A stretch of DNA of 64,000 bases, taken from contig NC_073404.1 in NCBI RefSeq assembly GCF_028641065.1, positions 5,084,001 to 5,148,000 on the forward strand. Direction: 5' to 3'. A model generated the notes under the pieces. It saw only the letters and a list, made by a program, of their open reading frames with translations. It made no database searches and was not told the DNA's origin. Origin of the DNA: Leucoraja erinacea. Lineage: Eukaryota. The first letter of the stretch is position 1, and each line of letters starts with the position of its first letter. Positions 36,101 through 49,487 of this stretch are shown here, piece by piece. A program made the translations under genes and the position numbers.

Positions 36101-38227
36101 TTCAGATGACCCCGCCGGGTGATGGTAAGTAATGTCAGTCCCGCAGCTGAATCCAAGCTCCGCGAACAGGCCGGTTCAACTCCGCGGCCCGGGGTGGTCG
36201 AAGCCGCCGAAACTGCCACCCTCCAATCCAGCAGACGCAGCTGTTGTCACAGGAGCTCCGGAGAACAGGTCACCAACCTGTGACCTGCAAGCTCACGACA
36301 ATGTCGTCCACTGGGCCCGCGGCCGATCCTCCGAGGTCGGGTCGCCGCTGCCGGCTCCTCCGAGGTCGGGTCGACGCTGGAACGCTGCCCCAGCTCCGAG
36401 GCCGCCAGCTCCGCTATTAGGCGGAGACGGGGGATACGAAAAGAGAAGTAGCATCCCCCGAAGGAAGAGACCAAAAAACCTGTTTCTGTCCCCCTCCCAC
36501 ACACAGCCTAAAACCAAAAATGAACTAAAACAGGACAAACCAACTAATTTAATACATAAAATACAAGCGATAACTTCCTTATCAAAACTATTTATCTCAG
36601 CCGTAGATATTTCAAAGCAGGTTCCACTCTGCGGAACAGAGTGACAAAAGCTCAAGATACTGAATAGAAATTGGACCTCATCTTGCCCTAAACAGGTGGC
36701 TCCTTATGTTTAACCAGGGACTTCCTGGTTCCAGATTCCCACAATAGGAAAGTTACTGACATAAATACATGTTTATTTACAAGATACATAATACAATCCC
36801 TCTCAATTTTGTGCTTCCATGAAGTTTCCCCATAGTCTTCAAAACTGCAGCAGCCTGTCCAATCTTTCCTTAACAGACCACTCATCAGACATCAGTCTAG
36901 CAAGTCTATAAACTGCTTCCACCACATGTATGCACTTTGAAACCAATACTGGAGACATTATTCCAGATGGTCTTATCAATAGCCTTTAACTGAAATACGA
37001 CATGTTTTATGTTGAACGCCCCTTGCAATTAACAGTAGTGCCGGCTACCCTAATTATTTCTAATTAACTCTTGCCTTCACTCATTAGCCTTTTGGTGAAC
37101 CATGCATTTACGACAACCAGGTTACCACAAAAGACATTACCTGGAAAATATACTTCCTTATTTTTCCTGCCAAAATGGACAATTTTGTATTTCCACACAC
37201 ATTTTCATCCAATTACTGAATCTTTGCCCTCTGCCTTAAACCACCCAAATGCCTCTATGTCTTCCACCCGTCCAGTGCTCTTAACAACAACTTTAGCAAT
37301 GATAACTTCAACTGATTTATAAAAGTAGTGAACATTTTTTGAGAAACCAGCACATTAATTTACTCAGTTTCCTTTTGACCAACATATTTTTTGGGGGAAA
37401 TTATAGTCACATGTACCAAAGCATAGTAGCTATTTAGCTTAACTCCGTATATTACTGTTATATCCAGTTACCTTTAATTTTATCTGCCTGCAATTATGTA
37501 GGTGGGATTTATACGTAGTTTGGGGCGTGTCCGTGGCTAGGTTTCTGGCGCAGACTCCTCGAGATAGATTTTAGTTTAGTTCGGTGAAGACTATAGGGAA
37601 GATGTAGTTTTCGACCATGATTACAAGCAAGATTGAAACATATATATGCTGGAAGACGAAACGGAAATATGCTGGAAGACAAAGAAGTTTTCGGAGTGAT
37701 TTTGCTATTTTGTACAACTACATAAAGAAACCATCAAGAGACTGTTTCTGGAATATTCATCTTTCGGTGGCTTTGAATGTCTCGTGGAGCGCTCGTGGAA
37801 TGTGTAAGATTGCCTTCTGACCCATAGTCAGCACATTGATGACTATCGAGGGCTAATACCTTGAGACGTCATAAAGACAGTCACTACGGTCTCAATTAGT
37901 TCTTAAATCCTTCCCGTCAACGGTTCCAGAGCAATTTCTGGTACATTATTCTAACAGTCAAGTTAAACACGTCAAGTTCCTCATTCTTCCAACACAAACA
38001 GGCTCAGAAAAATGCAGAAGGGACCACTGACTGATTTGTCGTTTTAATCCAAAAAATACTGATGAATCGATGATTCCACAACTGAGATATGGGAAAAGTA
38101 AGAATTTGGAATTAAGAACAATAATCGCTTCAACTAAAATTTTCAAAAGAGCAAGAATTTCAAATCAGAGCATCATTTGGTACAAGATGCTGGATCTCGG
38201 AAATGTTTCCTTCAAAAGTGTTTTATT

Positions 38228-39092
38228 CGCCTACCGGGATGAGGTGGAGCAGCTGACAGTGTGGTGTGAAGAAAATAACCTGCTTCTCAACACCTTAAAG
38301 ACAAAGGAAGTAATAATAGACTTCAGGAAGAACAAAACGGACATGGTACCATTGACTATCAGAGGGGACTGTGTAGAGAGGGTGTTGGATTTCCGCTTCC
38401 TGGGAATCCATATTGAGGAGGACCTGACGTGGAGCGTGAACACAACTGCGCTGCTGAAAAAGGTCCAGCAGAGACTGCACTTCCTGGGGGTGCTCAGGAA
38501 GAATAACATCACTCAGAGACTGCTGCTGTCCTTTATCGGTGCTCCATTGAGAGCATACTAACATACGGTGTCGTGTGGTACACCAGCTGCACAGCGGCTC
38601 AGAGGAAAGCGCTCCAGAGGGCCATTGACAACGCCCAGAGGATTGTCGGCTGCCCTCTCCTTACCTTGGAGGACTTACACAGTTCCCGCTGCAAAAAATA
38701 CCAGAATATCATAAAGGACATTCCCACCCCGGACACTCCTGTTTGAACTGTTGCCGTCAGGAGACGGTAAGATCTACAAGGACAAGGGCAAATAGACTAA
38801 AAAACAGTTTTTACCCCACTGCTATAAAAGCACTAAATGTAGCCGCCAAGGAAGGCAGGGGCGATACAGACTAAGGGACTGTGGTAACTGTGGAATCGAC
38901 AGAAGGATGGAGGGTTGGGTGTGTATGCGTGCTTTGTCCGTGATATTTATTTAGTTGTTTATCTTTAATATTTTACCTTGTATGTATCGTTAGCTTTTAG
39001 AAATGTTTGAATGCTGCACTGACTGGCTGACATTTTAAATTTCGTTGTACATGGTTCATGTTACAATGACAATAAAGAAACTATTCTATTCT
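38228..39092 (+). mobile_element. Rex1/Babar LINE 3' portion
   Basis: Translates as AYRDEVEQLTVWCEENNLLLNTLKTKEVIIDFRK...FRFLGIHI, with the tail caataaagaaactattctattc. Confidence 0.9.
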
Positions 39093-40136
39093 TATTCATA
39101 AAATTTGCAAAATATAGTATTTATTACTGAATTGTTGCCACATTTGTTTGCACAACATACACCTTATTAGCATGACTCCATTTTTCCTATATATGTATGC
39201 AATGTGGGAGGGCTTTAAATCAGTGAGCTATCCCCAAGCAACCTTTGCATTGGTTGCACCAATCTTCAGTGTGCCCATCACTGTCATTTTGGATTCAAGA
39301 AACGGCCAGTGGTCCTAAATGGCTCCTAATAATGGAAGACCAACACATTTCAGACAGGCCAAAGGTCATTGCTAGTAATCTTCCAGCAGTAGACATCTTT
39401 GGGAACATCCTGCATGGCATGGAGAACTATGTTGCGCAGATTTCTACAAGGACATCAATAGACACCGTGGCATTTCTTTCTAAATCTCATTGGCAAATGC
39501 ACACGTGTAAATAAAATGGAATGTAGTCCCACCACCACCACCCCACTCCCCAAAGCCATCTCAGGGGGGCACTCTGTGTTGCCTCTGTGTTGAAGGAATC
39601 TGACAAAGACAGTACTTTGCACAGTAGGTCTTGGTGCTTCCAAAGTGAAGCTGAAGTGGCAGTAGCCAAGTCTTAGGGAAGTCATGGACCACAGCAACAA
39701 GATTCAAAAGGCTGTAAATTCAAAGGAAAGATTGCATGGACTCAGTCTCAATTCCACCAATTGCAGATTAAGGAATTATAAAATTAAGGACAGATGATTA
39801 AATGCTAAGGCTGATGAACAATTTCCTCTAATGAAGTCTACATCATGCCACAACCTTAATTTAAAAAATAGTCCATGTAGGAGCCAAGTTAACAAACACT
39901 TGCACTCAAAATGTGGATGAATAACTTCTTGAAGATCCCATTATAAAATCAATTCATCAGTACAGATATAGATATTAATAACTGGATTAAATCTGAATAC
40001 ATTTCTGATAGTTACTTTATAAAAGGTTGCATATGACTGGGAATACAATCATTTAATCCGATCAAGGAAAGTAATTTAGGCCAAGCATTAGATGATGATA
40101 CAATGACTAGTTTCTACAGATTATATACTGCATTGG

Positions 40137-40366
40137 AGACACAAAATGCTGGAGTAACTCAGTGGGACAGGCAGCATCTCTGGAGAGAAGGAATAGGTGA
40201 CGTTTCGGGTCGAGACCCTTCTTCAGACATGGACTTCGCTGAAGAAGGGTCTCCACCCGAAACGTCACCCATTCCTCTCCAGAGATGCTGCCTGTCCCGC
40301 TGAGTTATTCCAGAATTTTGTGTCTATCTTCGATTTAAACCAACATCTGCAGTTCCTTCCTGCACA
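40137..40366. mobile_element. Penelope-derived foldback with two inverted hammerhead cores
   Basis: Inverted arms of ~90 bp, with cores at 40196-40228 (-) and 40239-40269 (+). The imperfect TSD is ttatatactgcatt/ttatagattgcatt. Confidence 0.85.
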
Positions 40367-40486
40367 TTATAGATTGCATTATTTGGTATAGCATCTTTAC
40401 CACAGCAAAATGCATATGGCAAGCAAACTCTGAATAGACGTATTAATCTGAAAAGTACAGGAACAATCCCATGGCCTCAACTACCC

Positions 40487-40717
40487 TCTGGAACTCTCTC
40501 TGCCACAGAGGGTAGTTGAGGCCAGTTCATTGGCTATATTTAAGAGGGAGTTAGATGTGGCCCTTGTGGCTAAGGGGATCAGGGGGTATGGAGAGAAGGC
40601 AGGTACGGGATACTGAGTTGGATGATCAGCCATGATCATATTGAATGGCGGTGCAGGCTCGAAGGGCCGAATGGCCTACTCCTGCACCTAATTTCTATGT
40701 TTCTATGTTTCTATGTT
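40487..40717 (+). mobile_element. CR1 3' end with (ttctatgt)n tail
   Basis: ctctggaactctctgccacagagggtagttgaggcc...ttctatgtttctatgtttctatg. Confidence 0.88.
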
Positions 40718-41494
40718 TGTTCAAGAGAAAATAGGAATAGCATTAGGTTACTTGAACAATGACCAGCCAGTTACTTCACAATGCTAGTTTTCCAGTTACT
40801 TGTTTTTAAATACAAGTTTACAGCTTGCTTCATACTTCGCAAAAAAAATGTGATCATATTAATAAGGAACTTTTAACAAACGTCAAACTCAAACATATTG
40901 AAGTTTATAATAGTGACCATGATTGAAAGTCTTTGTTACACAGGAAAACACAGGAACTAACCTGCACAGCAAGCAATGGCATAAAATCTGCTTTAAATAT
41001 TTTGGTTGAGGATAAATATTTAACACAGAATTCGGACATTGTTATAAGCAGCCTGCAAAGTATGAAGGAAGCAATATAATTGGATATTGTACAATCATAC
41101 AAAGCGAAAGACAACACGGATTACGATTATCTATTTTTTAAAAAGCACTTCACACATGGTGGCACTCTCTCGGTATTGCACTGAACCGAACTATCACACA
41201 ACATATGCTCATATGAGTGAGCTGCAAACATACAACTGTATGATTTACAATGTGCAGCTTTACTGCCAAAATGAATATCAAAAATAGACTAAAAGCTCGG
41301 GTAAAAAGAGATAAAAGAGAAAATACCTCTCAAATAAATTCCAAGAGATGGAGTGATTAAAGTCTCACAAATGCCCTGTACTGACAACTTCCACTCATCA
41401 TTAACCCTGCATCGTATTGCAAGCATCTGCACCCCTTCACAAAGAAAATAAACTCACAACTAGCACAGGAACATCTTTCATTTTCTTATCGCAG

Positions 41495-41732
41495 TATAGT
41501 TTAAAGATATAGCCCACAAATTCCCACTAACCATCGATTATTCCTTCACACTAGTTGAAAATTGTCCAACTTTCTCATCCATTTCCTATGTACGAGGGGC
41601 AAATAAACCTAAAAACCTGTACATCCATGCGACACAGGTGAAACCCACGCAGTCACAGGGTGAATGCTAAACTCCTACACAAACAGCAGCCGTGGGCAGG
41701 ATCAAACCCGGACCTCTGGTCTCTGCTGCTCG
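41495..41732 (-). mobile_element. HE1-like SINE, degenerate
   Basis: Reverse SINE body aaacccacgcagtcacaggg...ggatcaaacccgg. Confidence 0.6.
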
Positions 41733-41749
41733 TATCTAACTTGATTCAT

Positions 41750-42647
41750 CCAAGAAGACCAAGGAACTCATTGTAGACTTCAGGAAGTCCAGAGGCGGCA
41801 CGCACACCCCCATCCACATTAACGGGACGAAGGTGGAACGTGTTTCTAGCTTCAGGTTCCTGGGAGTCAACATCTCCGATGACCTCTCTTGGACCCACAA
41901 TACCTCAACTCTGATCAAGAAGGCTCACCAGCGACTCTTCTTCCTGAGGAGACTGAAGAAGGTCCATCTGTCTCCTCAGATCCTGGTGAACTTCTACCGC
42001 TACACCATCGAGAGCATCCTTACCAACTGCATCACAGTATGGTATGGCAACTGCTCTGTCTCTGACCGGAAGGCATTGCAGAGGGAGGTGAAAATTGCCC
42101 AAACGCATCACTGGTTCCTCGCTCCCCTCCATTGAGTCTGTCCAAAGCAAGCGCTGTCTGCGGAGGGCGCTCAGCATCGCCAAGGACTGCTCTCACCCCA
42201 ACCATGGACTGTTTAACCTCCTACCATCCGGGAGGCGCTACAGGTCTCTCCGTTGCCAAACCAGCAGGTCGAGGAACAGCTTCTTCCCGGCGGCTGTCAC
42301 TCTACTCAACAACGTACCTCGNNNNNNNNNNNNNNNNNNNNNNNNNNNNNNNNNNNNNNNNNNNNNNNNNNNNNNNNNNNNNNNNNNNNNNNNNNNNNNN
42401 NNNNNNNNNNNNNNNNNNNNNNNNNNNNNNNNNNNNNNNNNNNNNNNNNNNNNNNNNNNNNNNNNNNNNNNNNNNNNNNNNNNNNNNNNNNNNNNNNNNN
42501 NNNNNNNNNNNNNNNNNNNNNNNNNNNNNNNNNNNNNNNNNNNNNTCAAATCATTTGCTATGTCGCTCTTCCAGGGAGATGCTAAATGCATTTCGTTGTC
42601 TCTGTACTGTACACCGACAATGACAAATAAAATTGAATCTGAATCAA
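41750..42647 (+). mobile_element. Rex1/Babar LINE 3' portion spanning the assembly gap
   Basis: Translates as KTKELIVDFRK...SFRFLGVNISDDLSW...ESILTNCITVWYGNC, with the tail aaataaaattgaatctgaatc. Confidence 0.9.
42322..42545. other. Assembly gap (224 N)
   Basis: Run of n. Confidence 1.
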
Positions 42648-42949
42648 ATACAACCACCTCCTCGCTCCCCTCCGCACCACCAATCTAGCTAAGTCAAATA
42701 CTTCATTAACACGTTTAAACTTTAACTTGGGAGTTAACAGCACCACTCCTCAAAACCTATGTCATAACCTATCGCAATTAAACAACAGATTATTTATGTA
42801 ATCCTTTAAAATGATTTATGAGCCTACATATTACCCACATATGACAATTAAAATTTAAATTAAAAAATTCTGATCCTGCATGTCACTGGCAAGATGACAA
42901 ACAAGAGACTGCAAAAGCTGGAGTGTTGAGGAAAAAAATGTCCCGAAAT

Positions 42950-44110
42950 GGAACAATTAAATTCTTACTTCAGCAGCACAACAGGTATGTGTATCATAAG
43001 CATAATACTCAGCAGATGCCACAATAAAGTTAAATTAAAAACTAGATAGTACAAATCCATGCCTGAAGTCCATGTGCAATTAATGCAGTTCATACATCTA
43101 ATTTTAGTTGGAGTTCAGTGTTCAATAGCCTGATGGTTGTTGGGTAGAAGCTGTTCCTGAACTTGGAGGTTACAGTTCACAGGCTCCTCTTCCTTGCTCC
43201 CAATGGCAGGAGTAAAATGAGAGCATAGTGGCTCCTTGACGAATTAGGCTGCCTTTTTTGGGGAAGCACCTCTTCCATGGTGGAGAGGTCAGTACCCATG
43301 ATGGATTGGGTAGTGTTCACCACTTTTTGTAATCTTTATTCCTGGACATTCAAGTTGCCGAACCAAACCGTGATGCAACCAGTCAATATTTGCTCTACTG
43401 CACACCTGTAGAAGTTTAAGAGAGTATTCATCGACATACCAAATGTCCACAATTTAAGTAGATGCATTGATGGGCTTTCTTTATGATTGCAATGTATTTG
43501 CTCCAGGACAGATCTTCAGATATATGCATGTCCAGGAATGAAGTTGTTGACTCTATTCACCCCCAACATGAAGATGGTTTATGGATCCTCAGCCTTCCCC
43601 TTCTAAAGCCAACAATCAGTTCCTTGGTCTTACTGAAGTGGAGAGCAAGATTGTTGTTCTGGCACCGTTCAGTCAGAAGATGGTTCTCCTCCATTTACTC
43701 TGACCCATCACTATTCGTAAGACAACAGTGGCGTTTTCGGCAAATTTTAAAATGGGGTTGAAACTATCGGGCTTACAGTCATGGGTACAGTAAGATTAAG
43801 CAGGACCCTGAGCACACAGACTTGAGGTGCCCGTGCTGATGGTTAGAGGGGTTGTTGCCAATTTGGGGTTCCAGTCGCAAATGGGATGTGGAGAGACCCA
43901 GTTCCCTAAGCCTGGTGCCAAGTTTGGAGGGGATAATGGCATTGCATGCTGAGCTGGAGTTTATGAACAATAGCCGGCCATATGCATTTATGTGACCAGT
44001 GCAGAGTGGAGCCAGTGAGATCATATCCTTCATTGATCTATGTAATGGATCCAGGGTCCTGAGTTGACATGCACCATAACCAGCCTCTCAAAACATTTCA
44101 TCACCACAGA
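42950..44110 (-). mobile_element. Old Rex1/Babar LINE remnant
   Basis: Translates as YGRLLFINSSSACNAIIPSKL, with a reverse of KTKELIV (caatcagttccttggtctt). Confidence 0.65.
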
Positions 44111-44314
44111 CATTGGTGTTTGGTAGTTATCTTAAATTGGAAAATGCAATGGTCATCCCATTGGTTTCTTTATTGGATACGCAAGCGGAATGCGGGATCC
44201 TGTTCCTCCAGCCTGTATGTGGTCTTACTTTGGCAATGGAAGAAGCCCAGGACAGAAAGATCTGTATGGGAGTGGGAGGAAGAATTAAAATGGTAGCAAC
44301 CAGGTGATACAGTA

Positions 44315-47300
44315 GGTGCAGGAGTAGGCCTTTCGACCGTTCGAGCCAGCACCACCTTCCAATATGATCATGACTGATCATCCAAAATCAGTACCCTGTT
44401 CCTGCATTCGCTCCATATCCCTTGATTCTGTTTGCCACAAGAGTTATATCCAACTCTCTCTTGAATACATCCAGTGAATTGACCTCCACTGCCTTCTGTG
44501 GCAGAATTCCACAGATTCACAACTCTCCGGGTGAAAAAGTTTCCTAATTTCAGTTCTAAATGGCCTACCCCTTATTCTTAAACCGTGACCCTTGGTTCTG
44601 GACTCACCCAACGTCAGGAATTTTTTTCCTGAATCTAGCCTTTCCAATCCATTAAGAATTTTATACATTTCTATAAGATCCTCTCTCATCCTTCTAAATT
44701 CCGGTGAATATAAGTCCAGTCAATCCATTCTTTCATTGTATGTCAGTCCATCCATCCCAGGAATTAACCTGGTGAACCTACGCTGCGCTCCCTCAATAGC
44801 AAGAATGTTCTGCCTCAAATTAGGAAACCAAATCTGCACACAATATTCCAGATGCGGTGTCACCAGGGCCCTGTACAATTGCAATAGGACCTCCTTGCTC
44901 CTACACTTAAATCCTCTCGCTATGAAGGCCAACATGTCATTTGCTTTCTTCTGCTTTACCTGCATGCACACTTTCAGTGACTGATGTACAAGGACACAAA
45001 GCAGGGTGGCAGTGTGAACTGTGAGGAGGATACAGGGTGACTTGGACAGGTTGGGTGACTGGGCAGATTAAGTTTAATGTGGATAAATGTGAGGTTATCC
45101 ACTTTGGTGGCAAGAACAGGAAGGCAGATTATTATTTAAATTGAGTCAAGTTAGGAAACGGGGAAGTACAACAGGTTCTGGGGGGTCCTTGTTCATCAGT
45201 CAATGAAAGTAAGCAGGTTACACAGAAAAGCTGGAGAAACTCAGCGGGTGCAGCAGCATCTATGGAGCGAAGGAAATAGGCAACGTTTCGGGCCAAAACC
45301 CTTCTTCAGACACCCGCTGAGTTTCTCCAGCTTTTCTGTGTAACCTTCGATTCTCCAGCATCTGCAGTTCCCTCTTAAACAATGAAAGTAAGCATGCAGG
45401 TACAGCAGGCAGTGAAGAAAGCGAATGGCATGATGGCCTTCATAACAAGAGTAGGAGCAAAGACGACCTTCTGCAGTTGTACAGGGCCCTAGTGAGACCA
45501 CACCTGGTGTATTGTGTGCAGTTTTGGTCTCCAAATTTGAGGAAGGACATTCTTGCTATTGAGGGAGTGAAGCGTGGGTTCACAAGGTTAATTCCCGGAA
45601 TGGCCAGACTGTCATATGTTGAAAGAATGGTGCGACTGGGCATGTATACACTGGAATTTTGACGGATGAGAGGGGATCTTATTGAAAAATATGATTATTA
45701 AGGGATTGGACATGCTGGAGGCAGGAAACAGGGTCCCGATGTTGGGGAGTCCAGGGGCCACAGTTTAAGAATAAGGGGTAGCCCATTTATAACAGAGATG
45801 AGGAAAAAAGTTTTCACCCATAGAGTTGTGAATCTGTGAAATTCTCTGCCTCAAAAGGCAGCGGAGGCCATTTCTCTGGATGTTTTCCAGAGGCATAGAT
45901 AGAGCTCTTAAAAACAGCAGTCAAGGGATATAGGGAGAAGGCAGGAAAGGAGTACTGATTGTGGATGATCAGCAATGGCCTAATGGCCTATTCCTGCACC
46001 TATTGTCTATTGACACTCATGTTTTGTTGCACTTCCCCTTTTCCTAATCTGGCACCATTCAGATAACAATCTGCTTTCCTGTTCTTGCCATCAAAGTGGA
46101 TAACCTCACATTTATCCACATATACTGCATCTGCCATGCATCCGCCCATTCACCCAACCTATCCAAGTCGCCCTGTCACCCAGCTTTGTGTCATCCGCAA
46201 ACTTGGAGATGTTACATTTAATCCCTTCATCTAATTCGTTTATATATTATATTTATATAATATATATATTGCGGCACCCCACTAGTCACTGCCTGCCATT
46301 CTCTATAGAGCCCGTTAATTCCGACTCTTTGCTTCCTGTCTGCCAACCAGTTCTCAATCAATGTCAACACCCTAATCCCAATACCATGTGCTCTAATTTT
46401 GCACATTTATGTCTTGTGCGGGACCTTGTCAAAGGCTTTTTGAAAGTCCAGATACATCACTGGCTCTCCCTATGGTGACTTGTTACATCCTCAAAACATT
46501 CCAGATTAGACAGGCATGATTTTCTGCTTCATAAATCCATGCTAACTTTGACCGATCCCGGTCACTGCTTTTCCAAATGTGCTGCTATAACATTTTTAAT
46601 AATCGACTCAAGCATCTTTTCCACTGTCGATGTCAGGCTAACTGATCATTCCCTGTTTTCTCTCTCCATCCTTTCTAGAAAAAGCAGAGTTAGATTAGCA
46701 ATCCTCTGATCACCTATGAAAATGATCACCTATGCATCCACGATTTCTTGGGCAACCACTTTGTGTTCTCTGGGATGCAGACCATCAGGTGCTGGGGATT
46801 TATCTGCCTTCAGTCCCAATAGTTTACCTAACACCATTTTGTGACTAATGTGGAAGTCCTTCAGTTCATCCCTCACGCTCGATCCATTGTCCCCCTCGTC
46901 TTTCTGGGAGATTGTTTGTGTCTTCCTTAGTGAAGACAGAACCAAAGTACTTGTTTAACTGGTCTGCCATTTCCTTGTTTCTCATTATAAATTCACCTGT
47001 TGCTGACTGTAAGGGACCTACATTTGTCTTCACTAATCTATTCCTCTTCACATATCTACAGAAGCTTTTAGTCATTTTTTATATTCCCGCAAGCTTTCTT
47101 TCATGCTCTATTTTCCCCCTCTTAATTAACCCCTTTGCCCTCCTGTCGAATTCTAAATTTCTCCCAATCCCGGTCTGCCGCTTCAGCTGGCTAATTTATA
47201 TGCCTCTTCCTTGGATTTAACTATCCCTAATTTCCCTCGTTAGACACGGTTGAGCCGCCTTCCTATTTTTATTTTTAATGCCAGACATATGAACAATTGT

Positions 47301-47450
47301 TGTAATTCATCCATGCAATTTTTAAAGTCAATTAGATCTTTTAAGTCAATTCCCATCTTTTACATCATCAAAGTTACCTTTCTTTAAATTCAGGACCAAT
47401 GTCTCTGAATTAACCGTGTCACTCTCCATCTTAATACAGAATTCTACCAA
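44315..47450 (-). mobile_element. CR1 LINE (minus) with a plus-strand CR1 nested at ~45005-46013
   Basis: Translated pieces KANDMLAFIARGF...YRALVTPHLEYCVQ, DKSPAPDGLHPR and KSFCRYVKR. The inner copy is in the opposite orientation. Confidence 0.88.
45216..45379. mobile_element. Penelope-derived foldback insertion with 15-bp TSD
   Basis: The TSD caatgaaagtaagca lies at 45201-45215 and 45380-45394, with a hammerhead core at ~45281-45310 (-). Confidence 0.88.
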
Positions 47451-48609
47451 CGACCGAGCACAAGTGCTCAGCTAAATGTTGCCGAGTCTACACTTGGTCT
47501 CAATGTACAGGAGGCCACATTATAAACACTGGTTGCAGTAGATGAGGTTAGAGATGGTGCACATGAACCTCTCTCTCACCTGGAAGGACCGTTGAGTCCC
47601 TGGATAGAGGTGGTATGGGGACAGATGGTGGGCGCAAAACATCTCCATGATAATTCTCACTATTGTCCCACAAAGTTGCATTTTTAGCCCCTTGCTGTGC
47701 TTTCTATACACTCATGGCAGCCAAACTCTGTGCTAATTCCATTTACAGATTTGCAGATGACATCACTGGAGTGGGCCAGAACTCAATGACGAGACAGAGT
47801 GCTGGAAGGAGATAGAGATCTTGGTAACATGGTGTCAAGACAACACTATCGCTCTCATCATCAACTAGACAAAGGAGCTAGTCATTGAGCTAAACACTGT
47901 GTTGGAGGAACTCAGTGGGTCAAGCAGCATCTGTGGATCGAATGGACGGATTATGTTTCAGGTGTTGACCCTTCAGACTAAAGATGGTTTTCAGCTAGTC
48001 ATTGATTTCAGCAAATGAGATGGCGAATTCACCCAGTCAGAATCAAAGTCAGCGGAGATGTCGAGAGCTAATTGGTTTGGCAATTGCTCTGCCCATGACA
48101 ATTAAGAAATTGCAGAGTTGTGGATGCAGCTTAGTCCATCTGAACATGTACTTGAACATGTGAACACTGGCAAGTTAACAACAAAACGCCAAAAAGCTTT
48201 TGACCAGTTCAGAGCCAAAGTAAGCTTTACTTAGTAAGTTACTTAGTGTTAACCAATATACTGAACTAAAAATAAATTAAAACTAGAAAACTAAATAACA
48301 GAATTGGCTGTGATCAACGTTTCATTACACACATGATAGTGCTATTATATCAATAGCAACTCAATGCTGCATCTAGACTACTTCTACATCTTACTATCAT
48401 TCATGTCAAAATAACGATTTGTGGAAAATGGCGAAAAATTCAGAAATCACAAAAAAAGCACAAAAGAAGAACCTACTGAACACTACCAAGACAGCAGCAC
48501 CAACAACTCGAGTCATGTACAGCATGGAAACAGGTCCTTTCCCATGCCCTCCAAGCTGCCCCATCTACAGTGTCCCACCTGCTTGCATTTGGCCCATATC
48601 CTTCTAAAA

Positions 48610-49487
48610 ATGAGGAGGATGCTAGGAGACTGCAAGGTGACTTGGATAGGCTGGGTGAGTGGGCAAATGTTTGGCAGATGCAGTATAATGTGGATAAATG
48701 TGAGGTTATCCATTTTGGTGGCAAAAACGGGAAAGCAGACTATTATCTAAATGGTGGCCGATTGGGAAAGGGGGAGATGCAGCGAGACCTGGGTGTCATG
48801 GTACACCAGTCATTGAAGGTAGGCATGCAGGTGCAGCAGGCAGTAAAGAAAGCGAATGGTATGTTAGCTTTCATTGCAAAAGGATTTGAGTATAGGAGCA
48901 GGGAGGTTCTACTGCAGTTGTACAGGGTCTTGGTGAGACCACATTTGGAGTATTGCGTACAGTTTTGGTCTCCAAATCTGAGGAAGGACATTATTGCCAT
49001 AGAGGGAGTGCAGAGAAGGTTCACCAGACTGATTCCTGGGATGTCAGGACTGTCTTATGAAGACTGGATAGACTTGGTTTATACCTCTAGAATTTAGGAG
49101 ATTGAGAGGGGATCTTATAGAAACTTATAAAATTCTTAAGGGGTTGGACAGGCTAGATGCAGGAAGATTGTTCCCGATGTTAGGGAAGTCCAGGACAAGG
49201 GGTCACAGCTTAAGGATAAGGGGGAAATCCTTTAAAACCTAGATGAGAAGAACTTTTTTCACACAGAAAGTGGTGAATCTCTGGAACTCTCTGCCGCAGA
49301 GGGTAGTTGAGGCCACAGTTCATTGGCTATATTTAAGAGGGAGTTAGATGTGGCCCTTGTGGCTAAGGGGATCAGAGGGTATGGAGAGAAGGCAGGTACG
49401 GGATCCTGAGTTGGATGATCAGCCATGACCATTTGAATAGGCTCGAAGGGCCGAATGGCCTAATCTGCACCTAATTTCTATGTTCTA
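48610..49487 (+). mobile_element. CR1 3' portion, relatively young
   Basis: ORF 48570-49097 reads RRLQGDLDRLGEWANVWQMQYNVDKCEV...LYRVLVRPHLEYCVQFWSP. Confidence 0.92.

Noticed and set aside
42095-42688. Long ORFs across 42.1-42.7 kb
   Set aside because: Artefacts of translating through the N gap within a Rex1 element.
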